Positions 34,327-44,406 of a stretch of 64,000 bases of DNA are shown here, one piece after another. A model generated the notes under the pieces. It saw nothing but the letters and a program-made list of their open reading frames with translations, did no database searches and had not been told where the DNA came from. The first letter of the stretch is position 1, and every line of letters starts with the position of its first letter. The DNA lies in NCBI GenBank assembly GCA_039933845.1, contig JBDTNH010000002.1, positions 1,411 to 65,410 of the forward strand, given 5' to 3'. Position numbers and translations under genes: made by a program. Source of the stretch: Gemmatimonadota bacterium. GTDB lineage: Bacteria > Gemmatimonadota > Gemmatimonadetes > Gemmatimonadales > GWC2-71-9.

Positions 34327-36966
34327 GTGATCCTTCGCTTCGTGAGTATCCTCTGCGCGCTGTCCGCCCTCCCTGTGGCGGGCAGCGCGCAAGGCGTTCG
34401 ACCCCCGTATCGTGACAGCACCCGAACGATCGAGGCGCGTGTCGCGGACCTGCTCGCGCGCATGACGCCGACCGAGAAGTTCTGGCAACTGTTCATGCTC
34501 CCGGGGAATCTCGACAATCCGGCGCACGACTACAGTCACGGCGTGTACGGGCTGCAAGTGGCGCCGACCGACAGCACGCCCGACGCAGCGGCACGCGACG
34601 CGGCACGCCTCAATCGCATCCAGCATCACTTCGTGGACTCGACCCGACTCGGTATCCCGTTCATCGCCTTTGAGGAGGCACTTCACGGGCTGACCCGGCC
34701 CGGCGCGACCACCTTTCCGCAGGCGATCGCCCTCGCGGCCACCTGGGACACCGCCCTCGTCGGGCGTGTGGCCACGGCGATCGCGCGCGAGACCGCGAGT
34801 CGCGGGATCCGCCAGGTGCTCTCACCGGTCGTGAATATCACGCGAGATGGACGCTGGGGTCGAACCGAAGAGACCTACGGCGAGGATGTACGCCTCGCGA
34901 GTGCGATGGCTCGCAGTTTCATCACGCCATTCGAGCGCGCCGGTGTGATCACCACCCCGAAACACTTCGTGGCCAACGTCGGCGAGGGTGGCCGCGATTC
35001 GTGGCCGATCGAGGTGAGCGAGCGCCAACTCCGTGAAGTGTGGTTCCCGCCATTCGAGGCCGCGGTCCGCGCCGGGGCACGATCGGTCATGACGGCCTAC
35101 AACTCGGTTGATGGCCTCCCAGCGTCGCAGAATCGTGCCTTGCTCACCGGTGTGCTGCGTGATCGATGGGGCTTCGAGGGGGTCGTGATCTCCGATGCCG
35201 CGGCGACGGCCGGCGCCACCGTGCTCCACCTCACCGAGGCGAGCATCGCCACCTCGGCGGCGCGGGCGCTCGATGCGGGCCTCGACGTGGTGTTCCAGTC
35301 CGGTTGGGACCAGCACACACCTTGGCTGCGAGCCTTCACCGATGGCACCGTGCCGGATTCCCTCATCGATCGCGCCGTGACCCGAGTACTGCGCACCAAG
35401 TTCAGAATGGGTCTCTTCGATGCCCCGTATGCCACGCCTGACAGCGCGGCGTATTGGAATGGGCGGCCGGAACATCTCGCACTCGCGCGCGAAGCCGCAG
35501 CCTCGGGCATGGTGCTGCTTCGGAATGAGAACGGAACACTGCCACTCGATCACTTCCACGGCACCCTCGCGGTGATCGGTTCGGACGCGCGCATTCTCCG
35601 GCTCGGCGGCTACAGCGGTCCCGGTGTGGCACCCGTCACCGTGCTCGAGGCCTTGCAGCGGCGACTCGGCGACGCTCGTGTGCGGGCCGCGGATGGGCCG
35701 GGTCGCACCGACAACACATGGCCGACTGTTCCGGCGACGGCGCTCTCGACTCTCGTTGGTGGACAGCAACATGCGGGGCTCCAGGGCGAGTACCACGCGG
35801 GCCAGCGTGTGACCGAGGCGCCGGTCGCATCGCGTGTGGATGCCACGGTGGATTTCCACTGGACGTTCAGTCCGCCCGTGCGTGGCGTACCTCGTGACTG
35901 GTTCGCGGTGCGCTGGTCGGGAACGCTGCGGATACCCGGAGGCTCTCCTCGCCGACTCGCGGTCGAGGGTGACGATGGTGTCAGGCTCTGGATCGATGAG
36001 CAACTCGTGATCGATCAATGGGAGCAGATCGGGTACGGGCTGCATCAGAGTGGCATCGTGCTCGAGCCGGGTAGCGAGCACGCCATTCGTCTCGAATTCC
36101 ACGAGTCGGTCGGCAACGGGGCGGTGCGGCTCGCCTGGCAGGGTGACGAGCCGGCGCAGATTGAACGCGGAATGCAATTGGCTGTCGACACTGCCGCGCA
36201 GAGTGATGCGATCCTGGTTGTTGCGGGACTCGAAGAGGGTGAGTTCCGCGATCGGGCATCGCTCGCGCTACCGGGCCATCAGGAGGAGGTGATCCGACGT
36301 CTCGCCGCGACTGGACGACCGGTGATCGTGGTGATCATCGGCGGCGCACCGGTCATCATGGACAGGTGGATCGACTCGGTCGCGGCCGTCGTGATGGCGT
36401 GGTACCCCGGCGAGGGCGGCGGAGAGGCGATCGCCGACGTGCTCCTCGGCGAGTCGGAGCCAGGCGGCCGTCTCCCGATCACCTTCCCGCGTGCGGAGGG
36501 GCAGCTCCCGCTCTATTACTCACACAAGCCGACCGGACGAGGCGACGACTACCTCGACCTGACCGGTCGGCCCGCGTTTCCATTCGGGTTCGGAATGGGG
36601 TATGCGACGTTCGCATATGAGCAGATGGAGCTCTCGCGCGACACGATCGGTGTATCCGATTCCGTGCGTGTGGTGGTCACCATCCGCAATACGAGCGCGC
36701 GTGGGGGTAGCGAGGTTGTCCAACTCTACCTGCACGACCTGCTGGCGACGGTGTCGCAACCGGTCAGCAGGTTGGCCGGCTTCCGGAAGATTCAACTGGC
36801 ACCGGGAGCGCGTGGCACGGTGGAGTTCATCCTCGGCCCGGACGAGCTGTCGATCCTCGACGAACAGCTGGCTCGGATCGTCGAACCAGGGGAGTTCCGG
36901 ATCGGCGTCGGCCCGTCGAGCCGCGATGCACGGCTCCGAGCGATCCTGACGGTTGTGCGACAGTAG
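34327..36966 (+). CDS. glycoside hydrolase family 3 beta-glucosidase with PA14 insert
   Basis: 879 aa. GIPFIAFEEALHG, ITRDGRWGRTEETYGED, GVVISDAAA (nucleophile Asp region), a PA14-like segment (GLQGEYH...VRLWIDEQ) and an Fn3-like C-terminus. Confidence 0.9.
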   Translation: MILRFVSILCALSALPVAGSAQGVRPPYRDSTRTIEARVADLLARMTPTEKFWQLFMLPGNLDNPAHDYSHGVYGLQVAPTDSTPDAAARDAARLNRIQHHFVDSTRLGIPFIAFEEALHGLTRPGATTFPQAIALAATWDTALVGRVATAIARETASRGIRQVLSPVVNITRDGRWGRTEETYGEDVRLASAMARSFITPFERAGVITTPKHFVANVGEGGRDSWPIEVSERQLREVWFPPFEAAVRAGARSVMTAYNSVDGLPASQNRALLTGVLRDRWGFEGVVISDAAATAGATVLHLTEASIATSAARALDAGLDVVFQSGWDQHTPWLRAFTDGTVPDSLIDRAVTRVLRTKFRMGLFDAPYATPDSAAYWNGRPEHLALAREAAASGMVLLRNENGTLPLDHFHGTLAVIGSDARILRLGGYSGPGVAPVTVLEALQRRLGDARVRAADGPGRTDNTWPTVPATALSTLVGGQQHAGLQGEYHAGQRVTEAPVASRVDATVDFHWTFSPPVRGVPRDWFAVRWSGTLRIPGGSPRRLAVEGDDGVRLWIDEQLVIDQWEQIGYGLHQSGIVLEPGSEHAIRLEFHESVGNGAVRLAWQGDEPAQIERGMQLAVDTAAQSDAILVVAGLEEGEFRDRASLALPGHQEEVIRRLAATGRPVIVVIIGGAPVIMDRWIDSVAAVVMAWYPGEGGGEAIADVLLGESEPGGRLPITFPRAEGQLPLYYSHKPTGRGDDYLDLTGRPAFPFGFGMGYATFAYEQMELSRDTIGVSDSVRVVVTIRNTSARGGSEVVQLYLHDLLATVSQPVSRLAGFRKIQLAPGARGTVEFILGPDELSILDEQLARIVEPGEFRIGVGPSSRDARLRAILTVVRQ

Positions 36967-36993
36967 CGCACGCGGCCGATCGTCGGGTCGCGC

Positions 36994-37473
36994 TCACTCG
37001 AGCGGCAGGTGCCCCACAAGCGCGGTCGGAGGCAGGGGGGCCACTCGCCGGATGCTCCACGCAATCCCTGCATCCGCCACGTTCGGTCGTTCGACCAGGT
37101 TGGCCTCCCGTGGGAAGCCGAGTGCCGGATCGAACGTGGCGGTGAAGTGGGCGTAGACGTCGGAGCCGTGCACGCCACGGAGCCGCTCGAATATTTGATC
37201 GATCGATTGCCACATCGTCCAGAGGTTCGGGGCGAGGACCGTGCTGTCCGACAGCCGCATGACTTCCGTCACGATGCCCCCGACAATGCGCACGCGGGAC
37301 CACTCGGCTACGTCGGGCGGGCAGAAGCACCCAATCCGAATGTCCATCTCATAGTCCGGAAAAGCGCGGGCATCCCAGCGAGCCTGGGCGGCTCGGAGAT
37401 CCCGCTCCTCAGGGAGGGTGGGTGAACTGCATCCCATGATCGTTATTGCGATGAGCAGAGCAGTGGTGCGCAT
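36994..37473 (-). CDS. hypothetical lipoprotein
   Basis: MRTTALLIAITIMGCSS lipobox, 159 aa. Convergent with the GH3 gene. No confident family assignment. Confidence 0.55.
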   Translation of the reverse strand: MRTTALLIAITIMGCSSPTLPEERDLRAAQARWDARAFPDYEMDIRIGCFCPPDVAEWSRVRIVGGIVTEVMRLSDSTVLAPNLWTMWQSIDQIFERLRGVHGSDVYAHFTATFDPALGFPREANLVERPNVADAGIAWSIRRVAPLPPTALVGHLPLE

Positions 37474-37568
37474 GAACAGCCGTCCGGGTCCGAGTCATCG
37501 GGTAGGAGGATCACCCTGAAGACGCCGTGGGCGCGAGAGAAGTCACACCTCGGTACCCTCGCCACGGG

Positions 37569-39389
37569 CTATTCCTCGAGCACCTGGGCGTCGAGCCGGT
37601 CCGGGAAGAGCAGGAGCTGCACCAGGGCGGCCAACGCCGCGACGCTGTGGAGCAACCAATACAGCGGTGCCAGTGGCGCGAGGAGGGCCAGGCCGTAGCG
37701 CCGATGGCGGAGCGACGTGAACAGGTGGATGGTTATCACGCTCGCGTAGCCCATGAGCAGCGACAACAGGGCAAGGTCAATGGCCCATATCGGATACCTG
37801 AGCGGCAGCACATTGAGGCCGACGGCGACCCAGAGCACCGTCAGTCCAGTCGCGATCGGCTGCATCAAGTGGCCCAACGGCGTGCCGGCGATCAAGAGCG
37901 CGAACCCCATGGTGCGTCGGGGTCCCAGTCGGCGCGTGAGTGCAATCGGATCGCGCAGGAACACCAACGTGGTCTGCATGTAGCCCTTGATCCATCGGGT
38001 CCGCTCCCGGAGCCAGGCGACGAGCGACGCGTGAATCACCACCGATGTCGAGCTGTTGATGGTACCCACCCGGTGACCGTGCATCGCGGCACGTACGCCG
38101 AGATCGGCATCTTCGGTGACGTTGAACGGATCCCAGCCGCCGAGTTCGCGGAGGACCTCCGTTCGGAAGTGGTTGCTGGTCCCGCCAATCGGGACGGGCA
38201 GCCGCCAGCGATCGAGGCCAGGGAGCAGGTGCTCGAGCCAGAAGAGCTGGTCGATGGTTGCGAATCGGCTGAGGAGCGTGTTGCGCGTATTCCGCGGACT
38301 TCGCGTCGCCTGCAGGCATGCCAGCCGACGGGGACCGCGCCGGAATGCCACGACGGCTTTCCGGAGCTGATCCGGTTCCGGGCGGTCGGCCGCGTCGAAC
38401 ACCACCACGAACTCGCCCTTGGCATAGAGCAGGCCGACGTTGCATGCCATCGGCTTGGTGTGGAGTTCCCCGGCCGGCACGACCAGTAGCCGGACATTGT
38501 CGGGTGGCGCAGCGGCCTTCGCAGCTGTGAGGCTCTCGAGATCCTCCTCATGGAAGAGGAGCATGATGTCAAGCTTGTCGACCGGGTATTCGAGACTCGC
38601 CAGCGATGCGAGAAGTTTCTCGACCTGCTCAGGCTCTTGGTCGAACGGCACCAGGATCGAGTAGGTCGGCATGCTGCGTTCGGTGAGCGCCGCAAGGCTC
38701 TCGGGGCTGACCGTGATTCTGGCGGAAGTCGGCGTCTCCGCCAACCCGATCAGCATCCGGAAGATCACCGCGGTGCCGAACGCCAGCGCGGCGACGACGG
38801 TGAGCAAGAGCATGGTCTTGATCGGCACGGTCCAGAGGCCGACCAGGACACCCGCGAGCAGGAGCACGATCAGGAGGTACTGGGTCGGGCTGAAATTCCG
38901 GAACGCACTCTCCTCGTGGTGGCGGAAGTAGAGTCCGTGGATCGAGGCATCGACCATTTGCCGGCGGTGGGCGATGCCAATGGCACGATCGATGTCCCAC
39001 TCCGTGGTGATCCGGATATCGTGCAGGCGGCCAGGATAGACGATGTCGAGCGTGTCGCGCAGCGTATGGCCCGGTTCCTCGCCCGAGGCAACCAACACCG
39101 TCTGCCCGTCGTCCGAGAGCGGGACAGCTCGGAGTGCGATGGTCGCATCAAGCGGGAAGCGTCGTGCGGCACTTGGCTTGACCATCTCGGGAGTCACCAT
39201 CACGAACGGTAGCTGCCACCGCTCTGCGAGGGCGCCGGCGATATCGACCCGTGTGACCATCCCGAGCGTCAGCACGACGCGACCGAGCCGCTCTCCCGTC
39301 CGGCGTTGCTGGACGAGCGCCTGCTCGAGCTGCTCCGGAGTGATCAAGCCACGCGTGAGCAGGATGTCGCCGATGCGAGGCGACGTCAC
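37569..39389 (-). CDS. membrane-embedded processive family-2 glycosyltransferase with N-terminal MshEN (T2SSE_N) c-di-GMP-binding module
   Basis: GTG start. aa 5-28 RIGDILLTRGLITPEQLEQALVQQ, a 5-aa spacer, and aa 34-57 RLGRVVLTLGMVTRVDIAGALAER match the tandem MshEN motif. GT2 motifs VFDAAD, TED and RTRWIKG (QxxRW-like). 2 + ~4 TM helices. Confidence 0.8.
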   Translation of the reverse strand: MTSPRIGDILLTRGLITPEQLEQALVQQRRTGERLGRVVLTLGMVTRVDIAGALAERWQLPFVMVTPEMVKPSAARRFPLDATIALRAVPLSDDGQTVLVASGEEPGHTLRDTLDIVYPGRLHDIRITTEWDIDRAIGIAHRRQMVDASIHGLYFRHHEESAFRNFSPTQYLLIVLLLAGVLVGLWTVPIKTMLLLTVVAALAFGTAVIFRMLIGLAETPTSARITVSPESLAALTERSMPTYSILVPFDQEPEQVEKLLASLASLEYPVDKLDIMLLFHEEDLESLTAAKAAAPPDNVRLLVVPAGELHTKPMACNVGLLYAKGEFVVVFDAADRPEPDQLRKAVVAFRRGPRRLACLQATRSPRNTRNTLLSRFATIDQLFWLEHLLPGLDRWRLPVPIGGTSNHFRTEVLRELGGWDPFNVTEDADLGVRAAMHGHRVGTINSSTSVVIHASLVAWLRERTRWIKGYMQTTLVFLRDPIALTRRLGPRRTMGFALLIAGTPLGHLMQPIATGLTVLWVAVGLNVLPLRYPIWAIDLALLSLLMGYASVITIHLFTSLRHRRYGLALLAPLAPLYWLLHSVAALAALVQLLLFPDRLDAQVLEE

Positions 39390-39587
39390 CGGCGCTCACC
39401 CCAGGGAGTCAACAGCCCGCGGGGACTTGGGGGAATGGACGTGACGAACGGCAGGATTCCTCCAGGGGTGCTCGGGTCATGCGCTGCGGTGACCGTCGGC
39501 GGGTCGCTCCGGGCGAGGAGCCTCCACTGCCACCGTCCTATCGGCTTCCAGTGCGAAGTCCGTGCCTCAGCCGGTTCCGGTACCGGC

Positions 39588-40865
39588 TCATGAACGGGCG
39601 AGAACGGCCTGGAGGTCCTTCATTGTCGGGTTGATGGTCACGGGGCGATTGGGTTTGGCGATCAGTGGTGGGGTACCGTGCATCCGCTCAATGATCCCCG
39701 GATCCTTGAGTAGGTGTCCGGTCAGGATCGCCACGACCCGGTCGCCCGCTGCAATGGTCCCGCTGGCCCTGAGGGCACGGGCGCCGGCCACCGAGGCCGC
39801 GCTGGCCGGTTCGGCGCCGATTCCGGCGGCGTCGACCTGGGCCTTTGCCTCCAGGATCGTTGCGTCGTCGAGGGAGAGGACCACACCATCGGTCGCCCGG
39901 ATGGCCCGGACGGCCCGGTGGTAGGACGCCGGCGCCCCGATCCTGATGGCGGTCGCCAGGGTCTCGGCGTGTACGGGGACGAGATGGTCGAACCCGCGAT
40001 CGAAGGCCGCCGCGAATGGCGCTGCCCCCTGGGCCTGGATTGCCGCAAGACGCGGTATCCGGGGGATCAGGCCCCAGGCGTGCGCCTCCTCGAGCGCCTT
40101 CCCGAAGGCGGCGGTATTACCGAGGTTGCCGGCGGGGAGGACAATCCACTCGGGCGGATCCCAATCCCACTGGCGCAGGAGCTCGAGGACGATCGTCTTC
40201 TGGCCCTCAAGTCGAAACGGATTGATCGAGTTGACCAGATAGATGCCAAGCGCGTGTCCGGCATCCTGCACGAGACTGAGGCAGGCATCGAAGTCTCCGC
40301 GCACCATCAGGGTTCGGGCACCGTAGGCGAGGGACTGGGCCAGCTTGCCGACGGCCACCTGCCCTTCGGGGACGAACACCAGCGGATCGAGCCCTGCCTG
40401 GGACGCATAGGCCGCCAGCGACGCCGAGGTGTTCCCGGTGGACGCGCACGCCACCGCGGTGGCTCCGGTCCGGCGCGCCTGGGTCATCGCGACGGTCATG
40501 CCGCGATCCTTGAACGATCCGGTTGGGTTGTAGCCTTCGTGCTTGACGTGGAAGCTCTCGATCCCGGTCCATGCCGAGAGGCGATCGCGCTGCATCACCG
40601 GGGTGTTGCCCTCGGGATGCGAGACGGCATCGGCCATGGCCGCGGGATGCACGATCGGACCGAATCGCCAGACGCCAGAGGCCGTGCGGGAGGGTCGGGC
40701 ACAGCAGGCATCGTCGAACAGGGCCCGAAGCTCCCCCCCCCGAACCCGGGGATCGTGGGCGACCGTGAGCAGGCCACCACAGGGACAGCGCACGGCCGCC
40801 GTGGTATCGGGGAGCTCACGGGCACATGCCTCGCATCGGACCACCACTGCACCGGTTCCGCTCAT
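39588..40865 (-). CDS. thrC: threonine synthase (with N-terminal Cys-rich zinc-ribbon-like segment)
   Basis: The real start is MSGTGAVVVRCEACARELPD (ATG at 40865, ATGA overlap with the thrB stop). PLP-Lys context NPTGSFKDRG. The upstream 95 codons are shadow sequence. Confidence 0.9.
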   Translation of the reverse strand: MSGTGAVVVRCEACARELPDTTAAVRCPCGGLLTVAHDPRVRGGELRALFDDACCARPSRTASGVWRFGPIVHPAAMADAVSHPEGNTPVMQRDRLSAWTGIESFHVKHEGYNPTGSFKDRGMTVAMTQARRTGATAVACASTGNTSASLAAYASQAGLDPLVFVPEGQVAVGKLAQSLAYGARTLMVRGDFDACLSLVQDAGHALGIYLVNSINPFRLEGQKTIVLELLRQWDWDPPEWIVLPAGNLGNTAAFGKALEEAHAWGLIPRIPRLAAIQAQGAAPFAAAFDRGFDHLVPVHAETLATAIRIGAPASYHRAVRAIRATDGVVLSLDDATILEAKAQVDAAGIGAEPASAASVAGARALRASGTIAAGDRVVAILTGHLLKDPGIIERMHGTPPLIAKPNRPVTINPTMKDLQAVLARS

Positions 40866-41785
40866 GACAGTCGGGCCCCTTCGTAGTCGACCTGCGTGAT
40901 GGTGGCGGTCGCCTCGAGTCCGGCGGACCGGTATGCCGCGGTCATCGCACGCGCCACGGCCGCCGCCGTGCCTGGATCGGCGGCAAGGGCGAACGCTGTG
41001 GGGCCCGCTCCGCTGATCGAACATCCCAGGGCACCCGCCCCGAGTGCGGCGTCGCGTGCGGCCAGGAACCCCGGGAGCAGCGGCGCCCGCGCCGGTTCGG
41101 CGATCTGGTCGTCGATCGCGCGACCGAAGAGCGCCAGGTCCCCGAGGCACGCACCGGCCACCATCGCCGCGATGTTGGCGGCCTGTTGAAGTGCCACGCC
41201 GCGTGGGACGCTCGCCGGCAGGACCGCCCGCGCATCGCGTGTCCGCATCCGCTGGGCCGGATGCACCAGCACCACTTGCAACTCCGGTGGCAGCGTGAGG
41301 CGGACCACATCGATCGGGTCGATTGCCCGGATCAGGATGAGCCCACCGAGCAGCGAGGGAGCGAGATTGTCGAGGTGACGCCCCGCCACGGTCGCCTCCG
41401 CCTCGAGGGCACAGGCGAGCAGTTGCTCGGTCGAGAGTCCCCCCCCCAATAGTGCGTCGGTGGCCACGGCACCGGCGATCGCCGACGCGGCACTGCCGCC
41501 TTGCCCCCCCGAGAGCGGCAGGCCCTTGGTCACCGACAACGCGAGGCCGCGCTGGTCGTCGAGCTGGCGACGGACCGCGGCCGCCGCGATCGCCGCCGTG
41601 TTGCTGGCCGGGTCGGTCGGGAGATCGGGATGGCCGGCGTCGAGGACCACGATGTCGGGACCCGAGCGGAAATCGGCGTGCACCGCGTCACCGGCACCTG
41701 CGACGGCAAGACCGAGGACATCGAGTCCCGGCCCGACATTGCCAATCGACCCTGGGGCGAATGCCACCACGCCGGTTCGGGTCAT
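40862..41785 (-). CDS. thrB: homoserine kinase
   Basis: APGSIGNVGPGLDVLG, GLPLSGGQGGSAAS (GHMP kinase motif II). Confidence 0.9.
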   Translation of the reverse strand: MTRTGVVAFAPGSIGNVGPGLDVLGLAVAGAGDAVHADFRSGPDIVVLDAGHPDLPTDPASNTAAIAAAAVRRQLDDQRGLALSVTKGLPLSGGQGGSAASAIAGAVATDALLGGGLSTEQLLACALEAEATVAGRHLDNLAPSLLGGLILIRAIDPIDVVRLTLPPELQVVLVHPAQRMRTRDARAVLPASVPRGVALQQAANIAAMVAGACLGDLALFGRAIDDQIAEPARAPLLPGFLAARDAALGAGALGCSISGAGPTAFALAADPGTAAAVARAMTAAYRSAGLEATATITQVDYEGARLS

Positions 41786-44289
41786 GCGCCGGTCAGGCTG
41801 AGCAGGTCGGCCAGCACGCCGGTCGCCGTGACCTCCGGCCCCGCACCGGGCCCCGTGATCACCAACGGATGCGCGTGGTACCGGTCCGAGGTGATCACCA
41901 ATCGATTGGACGGGCCGCGCAGCTGACCGAGCGGATGCTCACGCGCGATCTCGCGGAGGCCGACCTCGGTCTTGCTGGAGGTGACCGATGCGACATAGCG
42001 CAGTACTCGGCCCTTGTCGCGCGCCGCGGTCATGCGAGCCTGCCACCACGCGTCGTCGCGGGCCAGCGTCTTCCGCCACGCGGCCGGCGTGCCGCGTGCC
42101 GCGCCGCGCACCAGTGATTCGGTCGTGACGTCGCTGAGTTCGCGGTGCTGCCCGATCATCCGGGCAAGGATGAGGGCCTTTCGTGCGACGTCGATACCAT
42201 GCAGGTCATCGCGAGGATCGGGTTCGGTCATGCCGGCCGCTTCGGCCGCCAACACGGCCTCCGAGAAGCGGACGCCGTCCTCGAGATCGGTCAGCACCGC
42301 AGCCAGGGTGCCCGAGAGCACACCCTCGAGTCTGTGGATTCGGTCGCCAGTGCGGAGCAACTGGTCCACGGCAAGCACCAGCGGCAGTCCGGCACCGACG
42401 GTCGCTTCGTGACGCAGGCGTCCCCCGTGCGCGGCCAATGCGTCCTTGAGCGCAAGGTACTCGGCCCACGGTCCCGCGATCGGTCGCTTGTTGGCCAGCA
42501 CGACGTCGAAGCCGGCACGTGCCATCAGCGTGAGCAGCGCGGTGCTGTCGTCTGCGGTGAGGTCGACGACCGCTGGACGAATCAGGGCTTGCTGGGCCAG
42601 TGACGCGAGACTGTCTGCGGGTGCCCCGTACACGCCGCCTGGCAGGCTGGCAACCCCGCCCCCAGCAACCTTGCGTGCCACGATCGCTCGCAAGGCGCCC
42701 GGATCGAAGCCGGCCGTGTCCTGTACCATGCCGGTCCGATCGATCACGGCGACCACGCGCAGCATCCCGAACCGACTCGGCGCGGCCGCGAGCAGCTCCA
42801 GGGTCGCCCGTCCGATGGTGCCGGCGCCGAGCAGCACGACGTCCTTGCCGGTGCGCCGCCGCGGGCGTCCCCCCCCCTCTTTGCCGAGCTGGAAGGCGGC
42901 GTGGATCCGACGGAGGCCGGCCGGCACCGCCGTCGTGTCGACCACGATCGAGATGTTGTGTTCCGACGACCCCTGGGCGATGGCCACGACATTCACCTCG
43001 GCCAGCTCGAGCGCCTCGAACACCCGGGCGGCGATTCCGGGATGCCCCGCCATTTGGAGACCCACCACCGCTAGAATCGCCACCCCTCGCCGGGTGCGCA
43101 CCGCCTCGAGCTCACCATGGGCAATCTCCGCCCGGAATGCACGGTGCAGCACGTCGACCGCGTGCTCGGCGACCTCGTCAGGCACGGTGAAGTCGATCGT
43201 ATACTCGGACGACGCCTGCGCGATGAGCGAGACCGAGATGCCGGCCGACTGCAGCGCGCCGAAGGTGCGGGCCGACATCCCAGGCACACCCAAAATGCCC
43301 GACCCCGACACGGTGACCAGCGCCTGATCGCGAACTGCCGAGAGCGACCGAACCGGGGGCGGGGAACTCTCTCGTCGGGCACTGATTTCGGTGCCGGTCG
43401 CCGCGGGATCACCGAAGGGCCGCACACGGAGCGCCGTGCGTGTCCCTGCCAACGGCAACAGCGCACGTGGGTGCAGGACCTTCGCACCGTAGTAGGCGAG
43501 CTCGGCTGCCTCCGTGGGATGCACGAGTCCAAGCAGGCGCGCATCGGGGACGATCCGTGGGTCGGCGGTGAGCAGGCCGGGCACGTCCTTCCAGAGCGTC
43601 ACTTGTGGCGATGCCATCGCGCGACCGAGCGATGTCGCCGTGAGATCTGACCCGCCCCGGCCAAGCGTGGCGAGGCCGCCTCCTGGCGCACGGCCGAGGA
43701 ACCCCGGTACCACCGGGGTCACACCGCGCGCGAGCAGTGGCTCGAGCGTGGCGCGCGCCGCGCGCTTGGTGGCGTCCACGCTCGGTGCGGCACCCCCGTG
43801 GGGGCCATCGGTGATGATCACCGCGCCGGGGTCGATCGCTTCGGCCGGTTGGCCTGCTCGGCTGAGTGCACCGGCGAGGAGCATGGCACTCAATCGCTCG
43901 CCACGCGCCACCACATGGTCCCTGAGGCGCGGCGACGCTTCCCGCAACACGGCGAGCGCCCGAGCGAGTGCGACCAGTTCGTCGCTCATCTCGGTGATCG
44001 ACGCGTGGATTGGTGCCCGCCGTGCCGCCGGCAAGAGTGCCTCGAGAAAGCTCACATGACGCGTCCGGAACGCCTCGGCCCGTTCGACGGCACCGGCCTG
44101 GTCGCCCGACTCGGCCATGGCAATCAGTTCGAGGAGGGCGTCGGTGACCCCTGCGAGGGCGGAGACCACCACGATTCGGGGCGTCGGCTGCTCGGCGAGG
44201 ATCTTGGTGACGGCCAGCATGGACGCCGCATCCTTGAGCGCGGCACCCCCGAACTTGTGGATCGACGGACGCGCTGGTCGAGTGGCCAT
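41782..44289 (-). CDS. thrA: bifunctional aspartokinase / homoserine dehydrogenase
   Basis: 835 aa. IHKFGGAALKD aspartokinase N-terminus, ACT region, and a C-terminal homoserine dehydrogenase with VVLLGAGTIG Rossmann motif. Confidence 0.9.
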   Translation of the reverse strand: MATRPARPSIHKFGGAALKDAASMLAVTKILAEQPTPRIVVVSALAGVTDALLELIAMAESGDQAGAVERAEAFRTRHVSFLEALLPAARRAPIHASITEMSDELVALARALAVLREASPRLRDHVVARGERLSAMLLAGALSRAGQPAEAIDPGAVIITDGPHGGAAPSVDATKRAARATLEPLLARGVTPVVPGFLGRAPGGGLATLGRGGSDLTATSLGRAMASPQVTLWKDVPGLLTADPRIVPDARLLGLVHPTEAAELAYYGAKVLHPRALLPLAGTRTALRVRPFGDPAATGTEISARRESSPPPVRSLSAVRDQALVTVSGSGILGVPGMSARTFGALQSAGISVSLIAQASSEYTIDFTVPDEVAEHAVDVLHRAFRAEIAHGELEAVRTRRGVAILAVVGLQMAGHPGIAARVFEALELAEVNVVAIAQGSSEHNISIVVDTTAVPAGLRRIHAAFQLGKEGGGRPRRRTGKDVVLLGAGTIGRATLELLAAAPSRFGMLRVVAVIDRTGMVQDTAGFDPGALRAIVARKVAGGGVASLPGGVYGAPADSLASLAQQALIRPAVVDLTADDSTALLTLMARAGFDVVLANKRPIAGPWAEYLALKDALAAHGGRLRHEATVGAGLPLVLAVDQLLRTGDRIHRLEGVLSGTLAAVLTDLEDGVRFSEAVLAAEAAGMTEPDPRDDLHGIDVARKALILARMIGQHRELSDVTTESLVRGAARGTPAAWRKTLARDDAWWQARMTAARDKGRVLRYVASVTSSKTEVGLREIAREHPLGQLRGPSNRLVITSDRYHAHPLVITGPGAGPEVTATGVLADLLSLTGA

Positions 44290-44406
44290 GCGGCTACGCT
44301 ACCACGCCCCGCGTTGAAAGTCCAACCAATGCCCGGTAGCTTCGCAGGTGGCTCGGGCATGTGCCGGGGCCGCCCTTCCCTCCGATCATGTCAGGAGTTC
44401 CGGTCG

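Noticed and set aside
39390-39587. Possible c-di-GMP riboswitch or other leader upstream of the MshEN-GT2 gene
   Set aside because: I could not find GEMM-like conserved segments (GCAAA/ACGCACAG-type). The only clear structure is a short AGCCGGT/ACCGGCT hairpin overlapping the thrC stop.
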